Positions 1-14,600 of a stretch of DNA of 44,066 bases are shown here, piece by piece. The stretch covers positions 583,152 through 627,217 of the forward strand of contig NW_014577080.1 of assembly GCF_000485595.1 (NCBI RefSeq). Reading direction: 5' to 3'. Made by a program: the position numbers and the translations under genes. Within the stretch, counting starts at the first letter, position 1; each line of letters begins with the position of its first letter. Below the pieces are notes generated by a model. That model ran no database searches. It had not been told where the DNA came from and saw only the letters and a list, made by a program, of their open reading frames with translations. This DNA comes from Priapulus caudatus (lineage: Eukaryota).

Positions 1-32
<32 letters not shown>

Positions 33-239
33 TATAGATAGATAAAGGGAGAGGGAGGGAGAGATGTGCGAATCGAATTCTTGCGCACGCTGTCCATTTC
101 AACTTCGTCTACGCATTCTCTTTGCACATACATCATGTCCTTCAGTGTAAAAGAACATCTCACTACAGTTGTACCAGTCACAGCAACACAAAGCGAGATG
201 GGGCAAAACTCAGAATGAGAGAGAGAAATAGAGTAGGTG

Positions 240-241
<2 letters not shown>

Positions 242-288
<47 letters not shown>

Positions 289-370
289 GGATAAAAAAAG
301 AGAGAGAGAGCGAGAGCGAGAGAGAGCGAGAGCGAGAGAGAGCGAGAGCGAGAGAGAGCGAGAGAGAGAC
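242..370. repeat. (GA)n / (GAGAGC)n microsatellite
   Basis: Direct reading of the repeat. Confidence 0.95.
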
Positions 371-1413
371 ATGAAGAGGGAACATGGGTTAGAGGTATGG
401 AGCTGGAACAAAATAGAGAGCAGGCTATGGAGAGAGAACATAACGTGGAGAGCGAGAGAATAAAGGTTTGAGAGAGTGGATGGGACAGAGAGAGGGAGTC
501 GATCAGCTAAGGAAATTATAGTGTATGAATCTGCGAATGAAGTGGGCGTGTGTGCGTTCGTGTGTAGGAGAGTGCGTGTGTGACAGCGCGCGTGTGTGTG
601 TGTGCGTGCGTGCGTGTGTCAGTGCGTGTGTGACTGCGCGCGTGTGTGTGTAAACAATAGAAAGATAGAGAGAATATGAAATAACGTTAGAGCTAGAGCA
701 AAATAAAGAAAGCGAAATCAGGAAGGAAAGAAACGAAGAGAAAGGATTTCCAAACGAGCAAGTGGGGCAGAGAGATAATGAGTGAGAGAAAATTAGAGTG
801 AAGTGAGATTAGAAGAGTGAGGAAGGAAGAAAGAAAGCGAGAGAGAGAGAGAGAGAGAAGAAAAGGAAAAGGGCGAGCACTTGCGCGCGCGAGAAGGGTT
901 CAGCGAGAGAGCACGGAATAGCAGCGCGAACAAGGAAAGCACGGCACTCAGAAATGATCCCGAATGCCATGTAAATGTAAGATTCAGTGAAGCGAGAATA
1001 TCGCAGTCATATTATTCGCTGAGTGGGGGAAAGTTGCCGTTCTTGCTGGTCTGTAGCCGTGCCTTGCGATCATGCCTGGTCGATAATGCGGCAATATCAG
1101 AGCTCGTTAGAGATCTGGTAGATTGTGGCCACGCTCAGAAGCACTGATTTCGCGCTGCAGCTGAAATCTTTTTTGCCACTTTCTCGCCGTAGAAAATAGG
1201 CAATCACTAGCTTCAACAATCCAATATTCAAGTTTAAAATAATTTATTGACTTTGCCGCCGGCTGCTTTGCCGACTGCTACAAAGGGTACTGCGCATATT
1301 TCTATATGCCACTGGATTACTTGTAGTACTTATCAACGCTGCAAGAATTATAAATGCTGATATAGCTTGTGAAAAAGATACATGTAGTAAATTCACTCAC
1401 AGTAGTATATACA

Positions 1414-1427
1414 TCTCTCTCTCTCTC

Positions 1428-1512
<85 letters not shown>

Positions 1513-1580
1513 GTATTCATGATCTTAATCTCAGGATAATAATCTCATAAACTAATAATAATAATAATAATAATAATAAT
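1414..1580. repeat. (CT)n, (TG)n and (AAT)n microsatellite cluster
   Basis: CT at 1414-1428, TG at 1429-1510 and AAT at about 1553-1580. Confidence 0.95.
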
Positions 1581-1729
1581 CAGGTGCGTAACCAGGGGGT
1601 GGGTCACTGGGTAAGTCACAAAACACTTATTGTTTTTGCAATAATGCAATTGTAATATTCGTTATATTGCATTGTTATACACGTATACTATGTGCACGTT
1701 TTAGGACTAGGCTTTGATAGACACGTTTA

Positions 1730-1889
1730 AGCCCTGTCTACACTAGCAAACTTTAGTTTGCAAACTCGAGCAAACTTCGAGTTTGGCAAGAAAAGTTTTC
1801 CAAAGTTTTCCAGTGTAGACCAGTTGACAAACTTCGGCAAACTAGTTTGCAGAAGTTTGCAGAAGTTAGGCCGTGCACCTTCTTGACAA
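1730..1889. mobile_element. Left half of the same MITE in unit copy 1 (truncated)
   Basis: Intact left TIR. Homology to copy 2 stops after GTGCACCTTCTTGACAAA, and no right TIR follows. Confidence 0.8.
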
Positions 1890-4513
1890 AACATGTGTGC
1901 GTGTGCATGCGCAGCGCTGCAACACGACGGCTGCGATCGCTGACGACTCTATTGAGTCGCTGCCCCCGGTCGTCGCTCATCAGCGCCACTTGTGTTTCAT
2001 GAGTGCCGCCGCCGACCTAATGCCGACAACTCGACAATGCGACGCACAAACAAGAAACTTGTGACTCCGCTTGGTTCTCAATGCTGCGCGAGAGCCGTGG
2101 TCAATTGCGAGTGTTTCCCGTCCAACACCGAGGAGAATACGCGAGCAATTTCTCAGCAAGTCCGGCACCGCTCTATCGCTAACACTCTCGCGAGATAGTA
2201 TTCGCGTTGCGAGATCTTTAGTTAATCAGGATGGTAGTGTAGGTTGTCCCGCCTCTCTTCGAAAAAGAAAGAAGCGCTCCTGAGATCCGTTTGATAGATG
2301 GGGTTGCCGGGTTGGGGCGGATTAAATTTCTTTCACTACTCCAGGTTGAACTCACGAGAACATATCTGATCTCTTGAGACACTCTGTTCATACCAGATTT
2401 CACCATCTGATTATGTAAGCCTACAACGATGGGCCCCATCCTATGAAACATCATAAATTCAAATGTCAAAACTAGTAATTTTTGTATTTAGTTCAGACCA
2501 TGGAGGCAGCAAATCGCAGGCCTCCCCCGTGATTCTTGTTACGCTAAGGATGGCGCCCAATTTTGCATAGAATATATAAATAGTATAATTATTATATATG
2601 TCTAAATAATTACATGTAAATATAACATAAAAAATGTTAGCTGAATGAGATCAATCGGCACATGGCTGCATACATCTTCGTGTCAATGACACTTTGGACT
2701 CCTACGCCGCGACCAAACGATTTTTAACATTTATTTAATTATTTATTTAAATATTAATAAATTAATTATTAAATTCTTATTTTTATTTATTTATTTATTT
2801 ATTTGATGCTACGCTAATAAAAGTAAGAACATGAGCTTGCAAATTTCGCACTGTAAAATGCAGTAAAACTCGATCGATAAACATGACTGGCTTTGTCATG
2901 CGAGGTAAAGAGGGATCCGGCGAAGTTTGTTCGGGACCTGTTCAGGTATTTTGCGTTGCTTCCGTCATCTTTGAATGGTTGATAAAGTTGCTCCTACATG
3001 CGAGAGCTATGATGGAATGATAATAGTATAGTTTCGATGATAATATATATCTCGACGATGCTTTGGGGGGGGGGACTTTCACTGAGGCCATCTTTAATTT
3101 AGGATATATGATAAACCGGCTACATCAAGTTAGACATTTTAGGACCCCAAAATTTGGACAAGCACTTATGTAATTGACGTTTAGCCAATGTTAAAGACTA
3201 GAATCAAAGGCTATCCAATGAGGAAAATGCCCAGTCGATCAGAGATATAGGCAACGTTCTAAGCTTCGAAACTGCTATCAGTATTTTATTCCTTGTTTTG
3301 CTAAAACTACAGACCCCGGGCGCACTGACTCGAAGAAATGTCTACGTGTAATATACGATACGTGTAATTACGTGTACGATAATATGATAATCGTTATATA
3401 CGACAGAGCTGAGGAGCATGGAGGAATTCTGAGGCATAGAGCTCACTTCTGCAGCAGCGACTGTGACATACGTTAGATCGGAAGACGTATTAATATGCAC
3501 GTATACAAATTCGTACGCAAAGGTGTGACTTTCCGCAGTATAAGAACTCACATACTTCCGAGAGCCTAACACTTATAATAACCTGAATTCTCGTTGCTTT
3601 GAAGTTATAGGTTTATGTATTAAATGAAATACCCCTTAGTAAAGTGTTAAAAGAAATAGTTTTAGATTGACATCTATCCTTGATAGAGATTTGTAGGTTA
3701 TAATTTCGGCCCGACATCTTGAGTCTTTGAACAGACAAACCTATAATGAAGCGTATAAAGAGCAATGTGTTACTTAGTTCAAGGTCCAATGTATACATCA
3801 ATATATATATATACATATCTATATATATATATATATATATATATTCGTCTTATTTATCGATATAATCTTCCTAACTGCCTACCGATTTTAAGCTTTCACG
3901 TGAAAATAAGTCGAATCTTTGTATTTCAGAATCTTCTTATAACGTCGATATCATCCTACTATGTAAGAGTGGGAGCGGGTGACGCCTGAGGGGGCAGGAA
4001 ACTTATTTTCCGGTCACATGCGCGTATATTAAAATTAGCCACATTGCACCTTCGCTGCCGTCCGTCACATTATGTGATGTTCCCGTTAACACTTGACGAG
4101 GCGCCATCAACATATAGATAGCATGAGACGCCCGCACGCTGTGGCTATTTACAAGCAGACTTTGTACGCGTTTTATCGGTACGCTTGCGTGAATGTGAAG
4201 TACCTGTGCTCGCGCGCAGCTTAAAAGTGACGTAATTAGAATCGTCAAAATGCCCCCATGTTTAATCCTGAATTTTATTGCGGAAAAGGCTGCGAATACT
4301 GTATTTGTATTTCGCTCTGCCCACAGGTATTCTACTAATCAATATGCAGATCGTGTTTACATTTCTAATACAAATGTTCACGTTAAACCGTTAGTTACGT
4401 GTGGCGACGCATATGGAGAAGGTTGGACACTTTAGAATGAGAGTGAGAAAGAGAGAGAGAGGGAAATATAGAGATAGATAGTTAGTTAATTAAATAGCTA
4501 GTTAGTGAGTTAA

Positions 4514-6424
<1,911 letters not shown>

Positions 6425-9400
6425 TAAAGGAGAGGAGGGAGAGATGTGCGAACGAATGTCTTGCGCACGCGGTCCAATTTCAGACTTCGTCTACGGCATT
6501 CTCTTTGCACGATAGCATCTGTCCTTCAGTGTAAAAGAACATCTCACGTACAGTTTACCAGTCACAGCAACACAAAGGAGATGGGGCAAAACTCGAATCT
6601 GAGAGAGAGAAATAGAGAGGTGCAGACGAGAGCGCAGAGAGGCAGAGAGAGAGAGAGAGGGGTGAGGCGAAAAAAAAAAGAGAAAGAGAGCGAGAGCGAG
6701 ATGAGAGCGAGAGAGAGACATGAAGAAGGAGACAGGGGTGGGTAGACTAGTGGAGCGGGAAGGCAGAAGATAGGAGAGCAGGCTGATGGGAGGGAGAGAA
6801 CATACGTGGGAGGAGCGAGAGAGAGTGAGAGGAGTTTGAGAGAGTTGGATGGGACAGAGAGAGGGAGGTCGATCAGCTCAGGAGTTTGTAGTGTAGGAAG
6901 TCTGCGAGCATGATAGTGGGCGTTGTGTGCGTTCGTGTGTGGAGAGTGGTGTGTTGACAGCGCGGTATGTGTGTGTGCGTGCGCTGCGTGTGTCAGGCGT
7001 GGTGTGGACTGCGCGCGTGTGTGGTACGGAGTGAAGAGAGAGAGGTGAGAGAGAGAGTGATAGAGAGAGAGAGGGTGAGGAGGCGTGAGGGAGGCGAAAA
7101 TAAGAGGAAAGCGGAAATCCAGGAGAGGGAGAGGAGGAGAGCGGAAGAGAGGAGAGGAGTGTCGCGAAAGCGAGCGAAGTGGGCGAGAAAATAAGGTGAG
7201 GGAGAGATGTAGAGTTGAAGGGGAGGATTGAGGAAGAGTGAGGGGAAAAGAGAAGAAACGAGAGGAGAGAGAGAGAGAGAAGAGAGAGAAGGAAGAAAAA
7301 GGCGGAGCACTGCGCCGCGGAGAGAGGGGGGTGGTGGCGGCGGAGAGGGAGCACGGAATACGCAGCCGCGAACAGAGGAATGAGCAACGGCCAGCTCAGA
7401 TGATCGGCGAATGCCATGTAAATTGTAAGATCAGTGAAGCGAGAATATCGCAGTCATATTAGTCGGCTGAGTGGGGGAGAAGTTGCCGTTGCTGCTGGTC
7501 GGTAGCCGGTGCCTTTGCGATCAGTGCGCTGGGTGCGGGGGAATGCGGACAAGTTATCAGGAGGCTCGGGTTAGGAGATCTGGTAGATTGTGGGCCACGG
7601 CCAGAGCACTGATTCGGCGCTGCAGCAGGAAATCTTTTTTGCCACTTTCTCCCGTGAGAAATAGGCAAATCACTAGCCTCAACCAATTTCCAACTATGTC
7701 AAAGTGTTTAAAGGATTTTTATGACGTTTGGCGGCCCCGGCTGCTTGCGACTCCCTACCAAAGGTACTGGCCGCAGTAGTTTGCGTATTATGCCCACTGG
7801 TACGTTGTAGTATCTTGATCAGACGCGGCCAAGAATTATAAATGGCTGATATAGCTTGTGAAAGACGATACATGTGTAGAGAACTCTCACTCTACAGTCA
7901 GTATTATAGGGCGGATCGTGCGTGCTGCTGTCTGCGTGGTGTCGTGTGCTGTGTTCGTGTGTGTGTGGTGTCGTGTGGTGTGTCTGTGTTCTCGTGTGTG
8001 TGTTGTGTTGTGTGTGGTGGTGTGTGTGTGGTGTTGTATTCAGTGGATCGTAATCTCAGGATAATAGATCTCACGTAAACTACGATAATAATCACAATAA
8101 TAATCAGATCATGAATCAATAATAATAAGGAAGCATTCCAGGTGTCGTAACCAGGAGGGGTGGCGTCACTGGGTAAGGCGTCACAAAGATACTTATGTGG
8201 TGGTGGGTGGGTTGCGGGGAAGATGCAGATGTGTGAATAGTATGCGTGGTGCGTTGCGTCGGGCGGGTCGTGGCGTTGAGCGTTCGCGCACTCTCGTGGC
8301 ATTAGTTGTCTCACAGAAGTCTGATGATTACGTTTACGCACATTCGAGCCTGATTCGTACATATATAGCAATAATGCCCCACGTCATGCCTGCGGGCTCG
8401 GTGGTTTCTCTTTGTTAGTAATGCTTGATGATCAAACACGCCGATACGGGTGTATGTATGTGTAATTAACGTTGAGAGGCTCTAACAATATTTCAATATA
8501 CGCATACGTTTCTGAAAATGTCTGCTAATAAGTGGATTAAGCTTCGAGTGTTTCCCAAAGTAGTAGAACGGAAATCTTTGCGTTTTGTCTCATGGACCGA
8601 CGTATGGCCCCAACACAAGGTCATCACAACCGACAGGCCTGTTCAATATTATTGTTATTTAAGGCGTGTTCCGGAATGTACCAGGATAGATAGAATAGCT
8701 GCACAAACTAGTTATTTTGACGGTATTAGGAAGAAACGCACGCGCGCGCCGCGGTATGGTGGTGGGTGTTGTGTGTGTGTGGTGTGTGTGGCGGCGGGCG
8801 TGTGTGTGTGTTGGGTGGAGGAGTGTGTGGTGTGTGTGTGTGTTCGGTTGTGTGTGTGGGTTGGGTGTGCTGGTGTGTGTGTGTTGTATTCAGTGAGTCT
8901 TAAGTCTCAGCGGTAATAAGTCTCATTGGATAAGTACTAATGAATATAATAATGAATATAATAATCGGTGCGTTAACGCAGGGTGGTCACTGCGGGTAAG
9001 TCACAGAAACACTTAGTTGTTTTGCAATTAATGCCAATTGGATACATAATCTCGTATATTGCGATTGTTAGTAGACGTTATACTATGTGCACGTTTGGAC
9101 CTGAGGCTGTGATAGACAGCGTTTAAGCCCTGTTCTAACACTGAGCAAATTAGTTGCAAACTCGAGCAACTTCGAGTTTGGCAAGAAAAAAGTGTTCAAG
9201 AGTTTTCCAGTGTAGACAGTTTGACCAAACGTCGGCAAATAGTTTGCAGAAGTTAGGCCGTGCACCTTCTTGACAAACTAGTTTGCTCGAGTTTGCTGAG
9301 GTTTGGAATAACTCAGCCAATCAAATGACAGTTTGTAGTCATGTGATCCTGCAGATAGACAAACATTGGACATTGAACATTGGAATTCACAGTCAGTACC

Positions 9401-10765
9401 AGTAGTGTAGTGTAGTCAGTACCATAGTGTCGACAGGCTCCACAAACTTCTCCAAACTTTAACAAACTCGGAGTTTGCTCGAGTTTGCAAACTAAAGTTT
9501 GCTAGTGTAGACAGGGCTTTTACAAGATATTTACTTTCAATCTAATTTTATCTACTATTAAATGGAAACCGAGCTTTATCTTCGACGCATGCGTTCCCAT
9601 GCTCCATCTCAAATCTCAGTTATCCAATATCCAGTTATGTTCCAATCCAGTTATCTAAATGCGCCAAGAAAACTCTGCTGGTTCGGGCAAGAGACATAAT
9701 GCATCACGCGGGATATTTTCTGTTATACTGGTGGCTTATCAGCACACACCGCATGCGCGCCCAACATGACCCTAGTACGCACGCGCCGAATTCACAATAT
9801 GATCCGACTGCAAATCAACTTAACTGCTTTTCCATAGTCCTATTGCATCGACTGAACTCAATTTTGTGCGATTCATGTGAGTTTTTGCGCCTTCATGTGA
9901 ATATGAGGTGGAGTCTTCCCTACAGCTCAAAAATATATAGTATCGTATTCCTTAACGAGTCATATAACTGTTCCAGGCACCATAGCCTAGCTGATGGGTT
10001 AGTACCATAGAAATATATAGAGACACAAAAATTTTTGTTTATTTCTATTATGTACATCGTTTTGTGTTTATAAACCTAATTTTTATATCAGAAACGATAA
10101 ATTTCCCATAGACCGCCATTGTGTGTTGACATTATCTGCTAGCGTTTGGAGGGCGCTGTCGTCGCTTGCTCGGCGTCATTTGTTAAGTACAGGGCGATGG
10201 GCGAATCGGAGTTCTAGTCGGCTATATTATTTCTATGATTAGTACTTGACAAACTTACTGTTGTTCTAACTGTACCTTTATCTCAATTACATGCTCCCTT
10301 TTCAGCAGGTAAACAATAAACACACTTAAACAATGTTGCCCAGATCGAAATCCTATCTTAAATCCTATACTAAACATGCAATGAATAATTCATTTGACTG
10401 CGGGGATGACACATATGCTAATGAGATTATAAATGAACCGAGTGTAGCTCGCATATATGTAAATGATTTTCTATTGAAAATACGTGTGCATTCGTATTCA
10501 TTACAGCAGCACAGTTGCTTTATTTCCTACAATATTTGGTCACACCGTCATAGTAATACATTTAATGCATTTTTCTATTCATAATCATAATATGCAAAGG
10601 AGCTTTATTTGTCTCACCAGCGGGTTGGCGCGGGCTCATATGGTAGACGACAGTATGCGTGCGTGCGCGTACATTCGTGTATGTGTGTGCGTGCGTGCGT
10701 GCGTGCGTGTGTGTGTGTGTGTGTGTGCGTGTGTGTGTGCGTGCGTGCGTGCGTGTGTGTGTGGT

Positions 10766-10797
<32 letters not shown>

Positions 10798-11975
10798 TTC
10801 GTGACGAAAGGTGGTGACTTTCCGCAGTAGTAAGCACTCACGATACTTCCGAGAGCCTAACACTTATAATAACCACTGAATTTCCTCGTTGCTTTGAAGT
10901 TATGACACGAGTTTATGTAATAAATGAAATACCGCCACCCTTAGTAAAGTGTTAAAAGAATAGTATTTAGATTGACCATCGTGATGCCTTGGATAGAGAC
11001 TTTGATCAGAGTCTATAATTTCGCCCCGGACATCTTATGAGTCTCTTGCATACAGACATAACCTATAGCATGAGGCGTATGAGGAGGCAAATGTTTAACT
11101 TAGTTCATGAGTCCAATGCTACTACATGAATACTACATATATATACCACGTATTCTATATGATATATAGTACTATATGACTATCATAGTATGATATATAT
11201 ATTCGTGCCTTCATTTATCGATATTACTATGCTACTCCCCTAACTGCCTACCCGATTTAAACTTTCGACAGTAAACAATGAAGTCGGATCTTTGTACTTT
11301 CAGAATCGCTCCCTTATAACGTCGACATATCATCTACGCTGCATGTCAAGAGTGGGAAGCGTGGTGACGCGGCTGAGGCGGGCCAGGAAGAGCGTTATTT
11401 GCCGGGTCACCATGCGCCGCGTCAAGATTAAAAATAGACCGACGAATTGCAACCTTCGCTGACCGTCCGGTTAACACATCTACTGCCTGCATGTTCGCCC
11501 GTAACCGACTTTGACGAGGCGCCATCACATATAGATACGCAGTGGAGACGCCGGCACGGCCTCGCTGGCTATTATACACAGCAGCCTTTGCTTACGCGCT
11601 TTGATCGGTAGCGCTTGCGTGAATGGTGAAGTACCTGTGCCTCGCCGCGTAGGCTCTTAAAAGTGAGCGTAATTAGATCCGTAAAAATGCCCCCCATGTT
11701 TAATCCGACATTTTATTGCGCGCAAAAGGCTAGCGAAATACTGTCTATTGTATTTCGCTCTGCCCACAGGGTATTCTACTAAATCCAATTATGGCAGATC
11801 GTGGTTTACATCTAATACAAATGTGCCACGGTAAACCGATTAGCTAACGTGTGGCGACGCATAATGGAGCAAGGTCTGGACACTTTAGAATGGAGAGAGT
11901 GAGAAAGAGAGAGAGGGGGAAAATATAGCAGATAGATAGTTCGTTAATTAAATAGCTAGTTAGTGAGTTAAATAG
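6425..11975. repeat. Large tandem unit, copy 2 (error-rich)
   Basis: Colinear with 46-1889 and 3515-4513, with frequent single-base insertions. It contains extra segments at about 8200-8880 and 9277-10800 that are absent from copy 1 but present in copy 3. Confidence 0.9.
9126..9518. mobile_element. MITE (~390 bp), PIF/Harbinger-like
   Basis: The right end GTTTGCTCGAGTTTGCAAACTAAAGTTTGCTAGTGTAGACAGGGCT is the exact reverse complement of the clean left end at 1730 (AGCCCTGTCTACACTAGCAAACTTTAGTTTGCAAACTCGAGCAAAC). Flanks are TTA on the left and TTT(A) on the right, an imperfect TWA-type target site. CAAACT/AGTTTG motifs are reiterated internally and there is no ORF. Confidence 0.8.
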
Positions 11976-14098
11976 ATAGATAGATAGAGTAAGGATAGAT
12001 AGATAAACTAGATACGATACGATAGATAGCATAAATAGAGTAGATGATACGATAGAATAGACAGATCGCCTCAGAAGCATAAATTGATGGATAGATAAAT
12101 AAGATTAGATAGGATAGATAGATACGATAGATACTATAGATAGATGTAGCTAGATAGAATAGTATAGATAAGATAGATAGATAGATAGTATAAGATAAAT
12201 ACGTATAGATGACTCATGATAGCATTGATAGACAGACAGATACGATAGATAGATATAATAAGATCAGATAGATAGATAGATAGACTAGCATGTATAGATA
12301 CGATAGAAGTAGATAGAATCAATTAGATAGATAAATAGATAGATAGATATAATAGATAGATAGATAGATAGATAAAGAGATAGATATGATCAGATAGATG
12401 AGAATAGATGAGATAGATAGAGTAGATACGATTCGGAGTGGATAGATAGATAGATAGATAGAATAGAGTAGATAGAAAGATAGATCTACGCAAGCCATTT
12501 CGAAGGACCCCAGGCTAATCCCTTATTCCGACCTTCGGGGAACCCAGCCCGCACAACCCGAACACACGCCTTAGATAGATAGATAATAGATAGATAGATA
12601 GATTAGATAGATAGGATAGAATAGATCGATAGATAAATAGGATAGATAGATCAGTGATAGGATAGATAGATATGATAGACCCTCACCGACTAGATAGATG
12701 CGCTTGATGTAATGGATGTATGGACTGTATGGATGGTATGGAATGTATGGATGTAAAGGATGTATGGATGATGGATGTTATGGCATGAATGCGATGGATG
12801 GATTGGAATGGACTGGATGGATTGATGGATTGGATGGATGATTGGATGGAATGAGATGATGGACTGGATGGATGATGGATGGATGCGATGGATGGATGGA
12901 GGACTGGATGGATTGGATGGAATGGATGGAATGGATTGATCTGGATGGAGCGATGGATGGATGGATGGATGGGTGGACCGGACGGACGCGACGGACGGAC
13001 GGATCGGTTGGATGGATGGATGGATCGGATGGATGGATGGATGAGGCATGGATGATCGGATGGATGGAGGCATGGATGGATGATGGATGGTGGATGGATG
13101 GATGGCATGGATGGATGGAATGGATGGATGGATGGATGGATTAGATGGATGATGGATGGATGGATGGCATGATCGGATGGAATGGATGGATGGATGGATG
13201 GATGGATGCGATAAGGATGGATGGATGGATGGATGGGTAATGGATGGATGTATGGATGGATGGAATGGATGATGGATGGATGATGATGGATGGACATGGA
13301 TGGATGTGATGGATGGATGATGGATGGATGGATGATGGATGGGCTGAATGGATGGATGAATGGATGGATGGATGGATGGATGGATGGACTGGATCCCCCC
13401 GACTGCCAATCGCGGCACCATGGATGCGTGCGATGCTGGTGCGCCTCGATCGCGATGCATGCGATGGCGTGCGATGATCGGTCGCATGCGACCTCGCATG
13501 ATCGCCCCTGCGCACTCGATGCCGACCTGCGACCTCGGATCGCGTGGCCACGCCGATGCGCATGTGCCACTGCGCCATGGATGGATGGATGGATGGATGA
13601 GATGGATGGATGGATGCGATAGATGAAATGGATGGATGCAATGCATGCATGCATGCAATGGATGCATCCATGCATGGAGATGCATGGATTGTGAGTGGAT
13701 GGATAGATGAATGAACTGGATAGATGGATGGATGGATGGATTATTTGATGATAGGAGGATGATATGGATGGATGGATGGATGATGAATGGATTGGTGGAA
13801 ATGAATGGATTGAGATGGATGGGTGGATGATGGATCGGATAGATGGATGGATGGATGGATGGATGGATGGATGTAATGGATGGATAGATGGATGGATGGA
13901 GGATGACTGGATGGATGGATGGATGGATGGATGTGGATGGATGGATGGATGTGATGGATGAATGGATGGATGGAAATTAATGGATGATGGATGGATGGAT
14001 GAATGCGAATGGATGATTGGATGGGATGATGGATGGATGGATGAATGGATGGATGGATGGATGGAATGGATGGATGAATGGATGGATAAAATAGATAG

Positions 14099-14145
<47 letters not shown>

Positions 14146-14245
14146 TAGAATAGATAGATAGAATATATATATATATATAGATATATAACTAGATAGATAC
14201 GATTTAGATAGATATGATAGACTAGATAGATCAAGATAGATAGAT

Positions 14246-14279
<34 letters not shown>

Positions 14280-14600
14280 TATAGATAGATAGATCAAGAT
14301 AGATAGATGAGATAGATAGAATAGATAGATCGATCGATAGATAGATACGATTAGATCAGATACGAGTAGATAGATAGATAGATTAGATAGATAGCATAGA
14401 AGATAGATAGATAGATAGATCAGATAGATAGATAGATAGATAGATACGATAGCATAGATAATATAGATAGATATGATCGATTAGATAGACTAGATAGATG
14501 ATGATAGATAGATAAAAGAATAGATAGCATAAATAGATAGATATAGATAGAATAGATGATAGATAGATAGAATAGATAGATAGATAGATATATAATAGAT
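11976..14600. repeat. Compound microsatellite (GATA)n-(GGAT)n-(GATA)n
   Basis: GATA at about 11976-12700, GGAT at about 12700-14088 and GATA at about 14089-14600. It has the same ACAGATCGCCTC..ATAAATTGATG interruption as at about 4615. Confidence 0.95.

Larger units (their letters stand above)
46..4513. repeat. Large tandem unit, copy 1 (clean sequence)
   Basis: The start GAGATGTGCGAA...CCTTCAGTGTAAAAGAACATCTCAC recurs at about 6440 and 14620. The end GGACACTTTAGAATG...TTAATTAAATAGCTAGTTAGTGAGTTAAATAG recurs at about 11880-11975. Confidence 0.9.

Noticed and set aside
122..463. ORF with RE repeats, recurring at 6446 and 14609
   Set aside because: It is a translation of a (GA)n tract, starts at a non-ATG codon, and the frame is not maintained between unit copies.
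1581..1612. CAGGTGCGTAACCAGGGGG, resembling a hAT-type MITE terminus
   Set aside because: No matching inverted end or 8-bp TSD found.
2551..2560. TGGCGCCCAA, like a tRNA-Lys primer-binding site
   Set aside because: Only 10 nt, not preceded by an LTR-terminal CA, and no LTR pair or gag/pol sequence nearby.
8321..8345. CTGATGA as a hammerhead ribozyme core (also about 16408)
   Set aside because: No stem II followed by GAAA and no compatible flanking helices.
12683..14297. Long His/Pro/Ser/Ile and Met/Asp/Gly/Trp ORFs
   Set aside because: These are translations of (GGAT)n and (GATA)n, which lack stops in several frames.
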